Part shown: positions 1-11,083 of the stretch, piece after piece
Layout: each line of letters opens with the position of its first letter
Position numbering within the stretch: position 1 is the stretch's first letter
Assembly (NCBI RefSeq): GCF_006345805.1
Contig: NC_043005.1
Location: 22,816,001-22,880,000, forward strand
Direction: 5' to 3'
DNA from: Octopus sinensis
Taxonomy: Eukaryota
DNA: 64,000 nucleotides
The notes under the pieces: model-generated
Seen by the model: the letters and a program-made list of their open reading frames with translations, nothing else
What the model was told of the DNA's origin: nothing
Databases searched by the model: none
Position numbers and translations under genes: made by a program

Positions 1-428
1 GAAGGCTTTCAATCTTTCAACAAAATGTTCTATACTAAAAGTTTCCTCTTCAAAAGAACACAAGCAAAAGACATGTTTTACTTATTCGTGTTTATATCCT
101 AAGAGCATGTATTTGTTGTTGTTGCTGTTTTTGACAAAAATTCTAATCGGTGTAGTCAAAATATCTGTTTTCTTTTAGTTCGTGTTTACAATTAATACTT
201 TGCGTTTCAATTAATTCAGCATTCTGAAGGGTTTTTATTCTGTATGTGAAATGTATTATTTTGTACATTTTCAGTTTTGTTTTTGGAGACATGGTGTAAA
301 ATTCTCATGACTATTTTTCTTTTACTATATTATGTCAGTAGCGTGAGAGAAAAGAAATTTTGTTCAAAAATATACAAAAACCTTATTTCTTTTGAAAGTC
401 CAAACTTTAGAAATTTATCTCTATGCGA

Positions 429-990
429 GTATTTTGGGGTAAAAACTCTATTTCAAGTGTTAAAATCATTTTTTCTTTTTGTAAACAAAACACTTACATA
501 CGTCGCATTGTATAATAAAAATATTAATCCATCACTTCTCCGCCCCCTTTTTTCTGAGAGGCACCTTCTCCATAAGATCCTATCAGAAGCAATCGTCATT
601 AGACTTAGCGGCTGGATTCCCAAGCGTGATCAACAGAAAGTATGGATATTATAGAACCATCTCGCTCTCGGCCTACCTCAAGTCTCCTGTTGGTTGGGGT
701 ATTTTGGGGTAAAAACTTTATTTCAAGTGTTAAAATAATTTTTTCTTTTTGTAGATAAAACGTTTACATACGTCGCATTGTATGATAAAAATATTAATCC
801 ATCATTTCTCCGCCCCCTATTTTCTGAGAGGATCATGGTATTAAAGTCCCCACGCACCTTCTCCATAAGATCTTATCAGAAGCAATCGTCATTAGACTTA
901 GCGGCTGGATTCCCAAGCGTGATCAACTGAAAGTATAGATATTATACAACCATCTGGCTCTCGGCTTACCCCAAGTCTCCTGCTGGTTGG
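429..990. repeat. Tandem duplication of about 270 bp (429-698 and 699-990)
   Basis: Both units start GTATTTTGGGGTAAAAACT and end TGGTTGG; the first lacks about 23 bp (ATCATGGTATTAAAGTCCCCACG). Confidence 0.95.
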
Positions 991-1344
991 CTCGGCTTGA
1001 AGAATCCGACATGCAATTCTTTCCTACAACATTCTAATCATATGTCCGTAGAACCGAGCCTGTGACTTCTCAGAGTGGAATACGAGTAACTCGATCTGGA
1101 GAGGTTTCCTGATCTCCAGGCTATGCACCCTGTCGAGTAACGTTACTCCAGAGATCCCCAGGAGGAATCCCATTTTGGCCACTGTATTCGCGATCGTATT
1201 CATTAGATCATTACCCGACATTCGGCTTTGTATCCGTTCGGTTTCTTGTTCTTCAACAAAAGTGCATTCGGCATCCTGCCCGCGCATGAGTACGAACACA
1301 GACCAATGTATACAGATATAGAAGGTTGAATTCCTCTTGATCAC
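797..1344 (-). mobile_element. 5'-truncated RTE-clade LINE, 3' end
   Basis: ISGVTLLDRVHSLEIRKPLQIE...QARFYGHMIRM followed by WGKPRARWL...WRRCVG; GATGGAT-type tail; possible 6-bp TSD ATATTA (791-796, 1345-1350). Confidence 0.9.
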
Positions 1345-1392
1345 ATATTACAGAGTAAGATGTACATTGCCAAGCCAATAAACATAGATACA
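1345..1392 (-). pseudogene. 5' half of a candidate SLC18B1-like exon interrupted by an RTE insertion (3' half at 772-790)
   Basis: Acceptor tctatctctctgtAG at 1393, 90 nt from the previous donor; phase 2 fits; removing the RTE gives (N)VSMFIGLAMYILLCNIFIIQCD followed by GTATGT. Confidence 0.35.
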
Positions 1393-1482
1393 CTACAGAG
1401 AGATAGATTTTGAAGCAGTACCTCTGCGAGTCATTATTGTTTTTATTATCAGAATTTTATAAAAATCGTACGGACAACTTAC

Positions 1483-1577
1483 TTGTGTTCTATTCCCAAG
1501 AAAGGCGATGGACCGCAGAGCAATAATGCACTGACAAGTATAATATTTGACACAATGAGCAGACTTTTCGAATCTGA
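1483..1577 (-). CDS. SLC18B1: SLC18B1-like MFS transporter, internal exon (95 bp, phase 0 to 2): SDSKSLLIVSNIILVSALLLCGPSPFLGIEH(K/N)
   Basis: Acceptor ttttcctttcAG and donor GTAAGT; open frame; resembles the SLC18B1 segment ...MLLGPVPILHIK (recognised from memory). Confidence 0.88.
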
Positions 1578-2140
1578 CTGAAAGGAAAATAAACACATTA
1601 ATTAGCTATTCAGTATTCTGAAATATACTAATATATCAATATTATACATAGTGTTAGGAAATTATAATTTGTAATGTTAAGTTAAACAGGTAAATAGTTT
1701 TTCATGTTGACTGTAAGGTCAGGATGAAGTCCATTGTCAAAATAGGGGAAGCTAGGTGTTATTAGCCAAAACTGTGAAATTATAACAAATTCGCTAGACC
1801 TTGGCCAACCTTTATAAGCAGAGATAATTTCCCCCTACCCACCCCGTTTTTGTGACAGTTTTTTTTTTTTTCTGTGAGACAAAGTTGTTCAATTAGATTC
1901 TGGAAGCTATGATTGCCTGTTTAGTTTATTCACATTGTGCTTCGTGTTAGGCATTTAGGGATTTATTTTTTATGCTCCAGGAATTCGCCAGAACTTTTGT
2001 CAGATTTAAAATAATTTCGTGTCACATCTGGGTGAGTACAAAAATTCTCTTAAGTTATGATGTTATAATATTTATGCGAATTTCGAACCCTGCATTTGTT
2101 TTAGGTTGTGTAGTAATTTTGCTAGCTATTTTCTGTTAAG

Positions 2141-2360
2141 CTGGCAGAAACGTTAGCGCGCCGGGCGAAATGCTTAGCAGTATTTCGTCTGCCGTTACGT
2201 TGAATTCAAATTCCGATGAGGTCGACTTTGCCTTTCACCCTTTCGGGGTCGATTAAATAAGTACCAGTTACGCACTGGGGTCGATGTAATCGACTTAATC
2301 CCTTTGTCTGTCCTTGTTTGTCCCCTCTATGTTTAGCCCCTTGTGGGCAATAAAGAAATA
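2141..2360 (+). mobile_element. tRNA-derived SINE family A, tail type A, with 14-bp TSD
   Basis: CTGGCAGAAACGTTAG head, degenerate B box, tail GCCCCTTGTGGGCAATAAAGAAATA; TSD TATTTTCTGTTAAG (2127-2140, 2361-2374). Confidence 0.93.
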
Positions 2361-3149
2361 TATTTTCTGTTAAGATAAATGTTAAAATTTGTATAAATAG
2401 CAAAAAGGTGTATGAATTTAATTTTTTCATGTAGCCAATTTTTTGTATTAGACAACTAACTGTAAATTTTGTCTACTCAGCATGCTTTTAGGAAACAGTT
2501 TTGTGTGAATTTATAGCAAACTAAATTTTTGTTTGACTATTTAATTTTTTTACTATAATTATTGATGTAGCCTGGCAGCCGTTTGTTATGAACTTTTAGT
2601 TTAACTGATTGCTTTGACATTAGATTTATGTTTAGAGGTTCGAAATCCAAGGTTCGAAAACCGAATTTTTACTAAAATGGAAATCCAGATTTTCGGGATC
2701 CATATTTTTTGAAAACCAAATTTGTGAGGTCAATTATGGTGAAACCAAAATTTGTGAATCCAGAGTTTCCGATCCAAGTTTGTGAAATCAAGTTGGTGAA
2801 GCCGGGATTTTGAGTCAGAATTTCTGAACTGTATATATATGTTACCTTTGTAAATATTTTGACTGCACGTCTGGTGTTGCATTGGTTTGTTTTTGTTCAT
2901 ATATATTTGTTTTGTATGTAGGGTGTTTTTTTATGCTGACAATTGTTAATAATATTTTACAAAAGACTGCGTGGTGTGCTGTTTGGGGTTCAGCTGATCT
3001 TTGTTGATTTTGTAAATTCGGGTTATGGCCACGAGGTCGTAACAATAGTCTAGCTGTAGTACAATTTTTAGTATAGGTATTCAAGCAACTGACTTTCGAA
3101 TCGTTAACAACCATCAATTTTGGCATAAAGTTCGCCGATCCTCCAAGGT

Positions 3150-3370
3150 TATCTAGCTAATTACAATCCTTGGAACTTATATGTAACCGAAACATTACTA
3201 GCCATTCCTTTCACTACATATCCCACCTTCCTTGAGTAACTCAAACCTTACACTCTCTCTTACATCAATCTATTCTCTGAAGTAACAAAATGGAAGTAGT
3301 TCATACCTTACACCATCTCCTAAACTAACCATCTCTGTAGGATTGGAATAGAAAGTGCAAGAGAGAGAGG
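3150..3370 (-). mobile_element. Possible degraded RTE fragment
   Basis: Minus frame EMVSLGDGVRYELLPFCYF resembles the RTE E-x-V-x-x-FCYLG region; many stops. Confidence 0.35.
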
Positions 3371-3631
3371 TTACAGTTTGGTTTGCCTTCTGTATCCCTG
3401 CCTCATAACATTTCCCCCATATGTAAAGTGATGTCAATGTATGTCAGATGGTCTTAGTGTCACTAAGGAACTTTTTCAAGCTGAAAATCCTAGTCATATT
3501 TCCCTCAAATCACACCCAATTTTTTAAAAATAAATGTTATATCGAACAACGTAATTCCTGATCTACAGAAACACTTTTCCTCATAGATCAGTTCGGTCAA
3601 GACTGATCTGGGGTTAAGCAGCAACATCAGT

Positions 3632-4014
3632 GGAGGCGCAATGGCCCAATGGTTAGGGCAGCGGACTCACGGTCGGAGGACTCGCGGTTTCAATTCCCAG
3701 ACCGGGCGTTGTGTGTGTTTATTGAGCGAAGACACCTAAAGCTCCACGATGCTCTGACAGGGGGTGGTGGCGACCCCTGTTGTACTCTTTCGCTCCAACT
3801 TTCTCTCACTCTTTCTTCCTGTTTCTTATCCCCGACTTCCTACGCAACCGCTGAGGCTGGACGCACATTCATCCATCAGTTGATGCTCTCGGTATCGGGG
3901 TTTGACCTACTTTCTCTTCTGCGGGTCTTACGAATAGCAAAGGACCACGTTTCGGACTTCCCACTCTGGGACGAAGACCGCTTCGCTCAACAGCAACAAC
4001 AGCAGCAACAACAA
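3632..4014 (+). mobile_element. tRNA-headed SINE family C with (CAA/CAG)n tail
   Basis: Head GGAGGCGCAATGGCCCAATGGTTAGGGCAGCGGACTC...GGTTTCAATTCCC with A and B boxes; microsatellite tail. Confidence 0.85.
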
Positions 4015-4604
4015 ATCACATCAAGGCCCACTTTGTCTTTAGTTTTTTTCAGAATCCCTAAATAAAATATCATTCTATTAGTGATATCGCTTTTTTCCCC
4101 CGCTCCTTCTGTCTGTCTTTCTCTCTTCTCAAAAGAATCATCTGTTATTAAACACGGAGAAGATTGATTTCACCAAGACTAAAATTGCTAAAGATATCCG
4201 GTATGCCACAACGACGCCCCTACAACTCCATCAAGAGGGCTCAAGGCGAAGCATAATCTTCCTATCATAACTATGTACAACAAAGCAGACAGCATAAGCT
4301 AACGTTCAGTGCTTTGTTATGGACAGCACGTAACACTATCCAGTGCTGATACATTAGGTCTAGGGCATCATATATCCGCGCTAAAAGCATTTCTGTAGAC
4401 ACTATTTATAGCTATATGAATTACACTAGGGTATGCTGAATGTCATGTCTAGGGACACAGTCATAGCATACCCCTGACAGAATATGAACCTGTGACTAAA
4501 AGTAGCCCCTACCGACCTACTTAACAACTTTCAAAAGTATTTTCAAGTTTTAAGTATATCCAGAAGTATATCTTGAAACATCACTGAAACAAAGGAATAC
4601 TCAC

Positions 4605-4688
4605 TATTTTATACACTATCCGAGCGTTCAATAAGGATGCGAGGCTATAACTGATACTGAGCAGCAAGTACATTACTCCTATCTCCGT
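4605..4688 (-). CDS. SLC18B1: SLC18B1-like exon (84 bp, phase 0 to 0): TEIGVMYLLLSISYSLASLLNARIVYKI
   Basis: Acceptor ttttctttttctcAG and donor GTGAGT; hydrophobic helix similar to SLC18B1 YVGLVFLGMALSYAISSPLFGLLSDK. Confidence 0.85.
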
Positions 4689-5085
4689 CTGAGAAAAAGA
4701 AAACTTAAAAAGACAAAAAGAATTCGCTTCGTTAGTCTAACGTTTAATATTTTCAAAGGGAAAAACGTTTGTTACCTTTATTGACTTAGGTCGACCTTTG
4801 ACAGACACCTTTCCCTCAGCCTATTTCTGGACAGGTACTAATAGTAATTTAAACACTAGATATATTCCCATTTTGCTGCCATTCTTTGCTCCGTAGAACA
4901 AGACTTTCACACAAGAATATTAGTTTCTGGTGAAAGAGACAGGATGTTTTGTGACATTTATTTAGACCTACTTTTCCTTTTGAAAGTCGTGTCTCGACGA
5001 TATTGACTTTATTGTTTATTCGAAGAGTAATTCAAAGGAATTAATACGATCGTCAGTTCAAGTCTGTCGAATTATGTGACCTTTA

Positions 5086-5765
5086 AGGCGATGAGCTGAC
5101 AAAAACGTTAGCATGCCGGCGAAATGCTTAGTGGTATTTCTTCTCTTTATGTTCTGAGATCAAATTCTGCCGAGGTCGACTTTGCCTTTCATCATTTCGG
5201 GGTCGATAAATTAAGTACCAGCTGTGTATTGGAGTCGATCTAATCGACTGGCCCCTTCCCAAAACATTTCGGGCCTTGTGCCTAGTGTAGACAAAAAAAA
5301 GAATGATGTGACCTTTTACCTATGTAAAAAGTCCTTCTTTATGATTTGCAAAATACATCGAAATTTTCTTTTTCGTTCATCATAAAAAGAATTAGATACG
5401 TTTTTGGAAATCATGCATTTTTCGGGGTCGATAACTTAAGTACCAGTGAAACACTGGAGTCGATATAATCGACTATTCCCCGTCCCCCGCCAAATTTCAA
5501 GCCTTGTGCTTATAGTACTAAGGATTATTATTATTATTATTAAGGTAGTGAACTGGCAGAATCGTTGGGACGCCGGGCAAAATGCTTAGCGGCATTTCGT
5601 CTGTCCTGACGTTCTGAGTTCAAATTCCGCTGAGGACGACTTTGCCCTTCATCCTTTCGGGGTCATTAAAATAAACACCAGTGAAACACTGGGATCGATG
5701 TAATTGACTAGTCAACTCCCCACAAATTTCAGGCCTTGTGCCTTTACTAGAAAGGGTTATTATTG
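5086..5765 (+). mobile_element. Cluster of family A SINEs (5086-5291, 3' half 5416-5540, 5542-5765), tail type B
   Basis: Conserved GTCGACTTTGCCTTTCATC...GGGGTCGATAA...GTACCAG core; ...GGCCTTGTGCC...(ATT)n tails. Confidence 0.9.
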
Positions 5766-5981
5766 GGTTTGTACATAATTATTGCGGCTTTTTTTTCAAC
5801 AAAAGCAATAACAATAAGTAACAAAAACATCTTTAAATGATTATTCCAGATTTAAATGATTATTCCAGCATATTCACCATCTACTTCAATTACTGCTTCC
5901 CATTTGCTTGACAGACGGTCAGACTGTCATTTAAAGATGGTTTTGTTGATTTTGTTGTATAGAATTTGTTGAAAAAAGCTG

Positions 5982-6530
5982 GGATCTTTTCTTTTTGAAA
6001 GCCAGATTTTTCTAGTTAACTAAATAATTTGAAACTTCGTATACTGGTAGAATGTGTCAAAAGAAAACAATAATTTCAACTAGTTTTTTTTGACAAAAAT
6101 GTATTTTATAAGTTTAAACGTAGTTTAAATCTGCGAATTTTAACCAATCGTATTGTCTGTTTTCATTTGAAATTATTAGCTGCATAGTGTTAATGTGACG
6201 TAGATAGCTATTTTGTGAGTGGGTAAGCAGTAAGCAAACAGCTGTGGTAGATGTGGTTATTATGGCAGTGGTGGTAGTGGTGACAGTGGATGTGTATGAT
6301 GGCAGCAATTATGGTGTTGGTGTTTTTGTAGAGGTGGTGGTGGTGGCAGTGGATGATGATGATGATAATGATGATAGTAGTAGTAGCATTGATTATGTTA
6401 GAATGTCTCATGGATGGTAGTGTTGGTGTGTGTGTGTGTGTATGTATGGATCAAAACAGTTTGATTCAAATTCTGTGGTACTTATATATCATACATACAT
6501 GTAGATATAACATATATATTGTATGTAAAC

Positions 6531-6580
<50 letters not shown>

Positions 6581-7076
6581 GTATGCATCTATAATACGCA
6601 CACATTATAAATATATACACATATATGCATATGCATTAGAATATGTGTGTATAGGTGTGTATATATATATATATATATATATATGCATATAAATATATAT
6701 ATATATATGCATATGTTTGTATACATGTGTGTGTAGCTATTTAGGATCTACACAAATTTTATATATACTCCACGAAGTTTACGATAAGCGGAGATGTTTA
6801 TATTTTAGCTATTTACATGTTTACGTTAACTACGTCACAAAATAGCTGTTTACGTCACAGTATCAATATTTTGAGAAGCAGTAAATAATATGAGGCCGAA
6901 AGAAAGAATATCATTGGTTAAAATTCGAATTTTTAAACAACGTTAAACTTAGAAATTACAATTCCGTTTTCATTTTGGTTTACAATTATGTTTTCTTTTG
7001 ACACATTCTACCAGTATACGAAGTTTCAAATTGTTTAGTTAACTAGGAAAATCTGGCTTTTAAAAAGAAAAGATCC
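5982..7076. mobile_element. Non-autonomous TIR element (MITE) with about 95-bp TIRs and 8-bp TSD, Merlin-like or hAT-like
   Basis: Termini GGATCTTTTC...GAAAAGATCC; perfect TSD AAAAGCTG (5974-5981, 7077-7084); interior is (GTG/GAT), (GT) and (AT) microsatellites. Confidence 0.92.
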
Positions 7077-7113
7077 AAAAGCTGCAATAATTATGCACCA
7101 ACCCAATATTCTT

Positions 7114-7174
7114 AAGGCGGTGAGTTGGCAGAAACGTTAGCAAGCCGGGCGAGATGCATTGCGGTATATCGTCT
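7114..7174 (+). mobile_element. SINE family A head, split from its body by nested insertions
   Basis: AAGGCGGTGAGTTGGCAGAAACGTTAG...GCGGTATATCGTCT; the body resumes at 8743 and 8930. Confidence 0.85.
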
Positions 7175-8742
7175 CTGTGAGTTGTACGAGCTTGTTTGTT
7201 TGGTTTGTAGTACTTTGTGCTGCGTTTGCAGCAATTTTTTAGTTGTTGTGCTGTCTCTCGGTAGTACTGAGAGATGGCAGGTGGACGTCGTGTATATTCG
7301 GACCTAAGCGAAACTGAGTTGTCCTCTTCGGAGGAAGAACTGATTAAGGCAGTAAAGATGTTGGACGCAAGTCTGGAAAAAAGTTTTGCAGAGGCAACCG
7401 AGATGCGAAGGAAGAAAATAAACCTGGTAAATATGGAAAGAGACAGTAGAATGGCTGTAAAGGTGTGGAACGACGTGAGGTTGTCCCCACCGCAGACAAG
7501 GATGGAGGAAATCCAAAAGATGGTAACGTACAAAGTTTACTCAGTTGAGAAAAAAAGAGTCGATCACATGGAGGAGAAAGAATAGACAAGACGCTGATGA
7601 CAGTCTGGTCAGATATTACCTACCTGGCCAGAAGTAGCAAGTTCGGGACGATTATTGTTCATTATAAAACAGAGGAAAGAGCGATCGCCCACATGGGCAA
7701 GAAGATTGCCAAAATCAAAGTGGAAGGGATTCCTCCTGAAATCGATGCGGCTTGGGTGGTGGCAGCTCTCTTTATTGAAAGAGAAAAAGAGGTGAAGGTA
7801 ATTCAAGCGGAAGTGATGGAAGGAACAACATGGAAGGGACAAATCATCGAAATTACCGTCCAAGCTGAGGTGGAGGTCCTCGAAGTGCTTCCTGAGAACC
7901 TGTGGATTGGGGATTTGATACTGAAAGTGTGGGTGGAGGGCAGGATTCCTCGCTGCTTTAAATGTTGCCAGAAAAGCCACATAAGAGTGAACTGCCCTCC
8001 ACCACCAAAAATGGTAGAAGAGCGCCAGCCATCACCACAGGAGAGGATACAAGAAGTAGAAAAAGAAACTCCAGTATTAGAAGATAGGGAATGGGAAATA
8101 GCCGGGAAAATAGAAAAAGAAAGTAAGTACTTGTGAACCCCAACCTACCCAGTGCCCTCCCTATCCCTTTTCACCACACCCTCCCCATGCAAACACCAAA
8201 CCTACTCATTCCCCTCCAACAACAAAACAGAAAAGAAATGCAAACACACATGATGTAGATATGGCTCCCTCTCCCCCTGTTTGTTTCGCTTGCGTTTTGT
8301 ATGCGGACGCGGAGGATGATGTAAACCTGGTGAGCGAGTGGAAAGATGTGGTTGAAGTGGAATTCTTCGATGTAGATGGTGATCCTATAATATGTCATTT
8401 GTTGAATAAGGCACCAATGGAGATAGTAAAAAAGTATGATATGGGTATTGAGTTGTGGAAGGTGATCGGGGAAAGAGAGCAATTGCCAAAACAGACCTAA
8501 AAAATGACTACGGTATTGAACTGCTGAATTTTAGATAACAATGATTGAACTGTAAAATGGTTTCAATGTAACCACTCGACTTCGGGGGTCGAGTTGGCTT
8601 TCCGTCTCATTATATCATCTTTTTCATGATTCATTCCTTTCCTTTAATTTTGCTTCTTTCTTTATGCCTCCTTTTAAAATTTTAGTTCCCCGATATTATG
8701 CACGTATCTTCTATGATGGCCCCTGGTGGGTAATAAAGAAAT
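7175..8742 (+). mobile_element. Tx1/L1-like non-LTR element carrying only ORF1
   Basis: About 13-bp imperfect TSD CGGTA(T/TT)TCGTCT; ORF1 with zinc knuckle; 3' tail GCCCCTGGTGGGTAATAAAGAAAT; no endonuclease or RT sequence seen. Confidence 0.8.
7274..8500 (+). pseudogene. Frameshifted gag-like ORF1 (7274-7585, 7597-8136, about 8138-8500) with CCHC knuckle CFKCCQKSHIRVNC
   Basis: Exact C-x2-C-x4-H-x4-C motif after an RRM-like region, then a Pro-rich linker. Confidence 0.82.
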
Positions 8743-9095
8743 CGGTTATTTCGTCTGCCGTTACGTTCTGAGTTGAAATTCCGCCGAGGTTGACTTTGCC
8801 TTTCATCCTTTCGGGGGTCTATAAATTAAGTACCAGTTACGCACTGGGGTCGTTGTAATCGACTTAATCCGTTTGTCTGTCCTTGTTTGTCCCCTCTGTG
8901 TTTAGCCCCTTGTGGGTAGTAAAGAAATAGGTACTTCGCCCGTCGCTACGTTTTGAGTATAAATTCCGCCGAGGTCGACGTTTCCTTTCACCCATTCGGT
9001 GTCGATAAAATAAGTACTAATTGAGCACTGGGTTGATGTAATCGATATATAGTCCTCCTGTGAATTTGCGGACCTTGTTGAAACAGTTATTACTA
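8743..9095 (+). mobile_element. Two stacked headless family A SINE bodies (tail A 8743-8929; tail B 8930-9095)
   Basis: Each starts at the GGTATTTCG position of the SINE consensus. Confidence 0.88.
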
Positions 9096-9100
9096 TTATT

Positions 9101-10215
9101 AAGGCAGCGAGCTGGCGAAATATATACTTTCTTTTTACTCAATCCAAATTTGCAGTGTGTGTATTTCGTTCTTACATTGTCACCAGACTCTTTCGGCCCT
9201 TGTGGCCATTAAAAGAAATTTTTATTATTAGATTGGCGGAATCGTTAAAGCGTTGGGCTACAGCTTTTTAAGCTGAGTGTTCAAATCTCGCCGAGATCAA
9301 TTTTGCCTTCACCCTTCTGATTTCGAAAAAGTAAAGTAACGATCAAGTGATGGGGGTCGATTTAATCAGTTAACTCCTCTTTAAAAATTTCTGGCTGTAT
9401 GCCTAATAATAACTTCAAATATATGTACAGTATCTGAAATTTGGAGGAGGAGTACTTCATTGGTACTTTACTTTATCAAACCCGACAGGATGAAAGGCGG
9501 AGGTCACCTTCGCCTAATAATTTTTGCAGGGTTGATATAATAAACTATCAGCCAAGTCTTATCAGCTCACTTATCAGCCTGTCACTGAAATTCTGGCCTT
9601 GTTCTTACGTTTAAAATTATTATAGGCAGTACATTGACAGATCTTTTCAATGTAGGATAAAATACTTTACGGTTTTTGTTCTAATACTGTTCTGAGTTCA
9701 AATCCTGGTGTCGATGAAATAAAGTACTCGTCAAGAATAGGGATCAATGACATCGACTTAATCCTGCTCTCAAAATTGCTAACCTTATATCAAAATTAAA
9801 AAAACATTAAAATGGCGGCGAGCTGGCAGATTCGTTAATCACCGGAAAAAATGCTTTGCGACATTTGTTCCGACTCTTTACGTTATGAACTCATATCCCA
9901 TTGAAGTGAACTTTACCTTTCATTCTTACAGGATAAATAAAAGTAGGTCAAGTACTACGTCGATAGTTGTTGGTTTTATGCCATTACTAAGGTGGTGTGC
10001 AGGCTGAATCATTAGTGTGTCCGACTAAATGCTTAGCGGCATTTCTTCCGGCCCTTCACGTTCTGAGTTTAAATACCGCCGAGGTCAGCTTTGTCTTTCT
10101 TCCTTTTGGAGTCGATAAACTATAATACCAGTGAAGTACTGGATCGATGTAATCGACTAGCTCCACCCTCCCCACACACACTAAAAGTTTTACTGTGTGC
10201 CAAAATTTAAAACAA
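9101..10215 (+). mobile_element. Array of degraded family A SINE copies and fragments (mostly plus strand; one minus fragment at about 9440-9510)
   Basis: Repeated head, B-box and core motifs at about 9101, 9232, 9625, 9811 and 9988. Confidence 0.8.
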
Positions 10216-10264
10216 TTATTATTGCTATAAATAAATGTTTCAAGTTTCGCCACAAAGTGTTCAA

Positions 10265-10617
10265 GTGGTACTTATTTTATCGACCTCGAAAGGCAAAGTC
10301 GACCTCAGCGAAATTTATACTCTGAACGTAACGACGGGAGAAATATCGCTAAGCACTTCGTCTCGCGCGCAAACGATTCAGCCAGCTCACCGCCTTATAA
10401 TACTGTAAATAATCATTTCTACTAAAGGCACAAGGCCTGAAATTTTCGGGTAAGAGGACTAGTCGATTACATCGACCCAGTGTGTTACTGTTAGTCGGGT
10501 TGATAAATTAAATACCCGAACGGATGAAAGGCAAAGCCAACATCAGAACGTAGTGACAGACGAAATACTCCTAAGCATTTCGGTCGGCGCGCTAACGATT
10601 CTGTCATCTCGCCGCCT
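10265..10617 (-). mobile_element. Two tandem minus-strand family A SINEs
   Basis: Reverse-complement heads at about 10395 and 10617 (CTCGCCGCCTT). Confidence 0.88.
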
Positions 10618-10644
10618 TATATTACTGTAAAAAATACTTAAATC

Positions 10645-11083
10645 AAGGCGGCGAGCTGGCAGAAACGTTAGCACGCCGGGCGAAATGCTTAGCAGTATTT
10701 CGTCTGCCGTTACGTTCTCAGTTCAAATTCCGCCGAGGTCGACTTTGCCTTTCATCCTTTCGGGGTCGATAAATAAAGTACCAGTTACGCACTGGGGTCG
10801 ATGTAATCGACTTAATCCCTTTCTCTCCTTGTTTGTTCCCTCTATGTTTAACCCCTTGTGGGTAATAAACAGATATTTCATCTGTCTTTACGTTCTGAGT
10901 TCAAATTCCGCCGAGGTCAACTTTGCCTTTCATCCTTTCGGGGTCGATAAATTAAGTACCAGTTGCGTACTGGGGTCTATGTAATCGACTAGCCCTCTCC
11001 CCCAAAATTTCACGCTTTGTGCCTATAGTAGAAAGGATTATTTACAGTATTATAGGCGCCGAGCTGGCTGAATCGTTAGCGCC
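10645..11083 (+). mobile_element. Full tail-A SINE, headless tail-B body, then a SINE head fragment
   Basis: Head at 10645; tail A ends about 10871; the body restarts at GATATTTCATCTG; new head at about 11053. Confidence 0.9.

Noticed and set aside
810-870. GDFN motif suggesting an APE endonuclease
   Set aside because: Out-of-frame coincidence inside the RTE C-terminus and 3' UTR.
3632-3706. Possible tRNA gene
   Set aside because: It is a SINE head: imperfect stems, continues into the SINE body, no terminator. The same applies to 12364-12425.
3649-4065. 138-aa ORF with a polyQ tract
   Set aside because: It lies entirely within a SINE; the polyQ is the (CAA/CAG)n tail.
6114-6610. Low-complexity ORFs (polyT/I/H/M, IY repeats), and similar ones at 27973-28273, 32232-32812 and 35467-35751
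   Set aside because: Translations of microsatellites.
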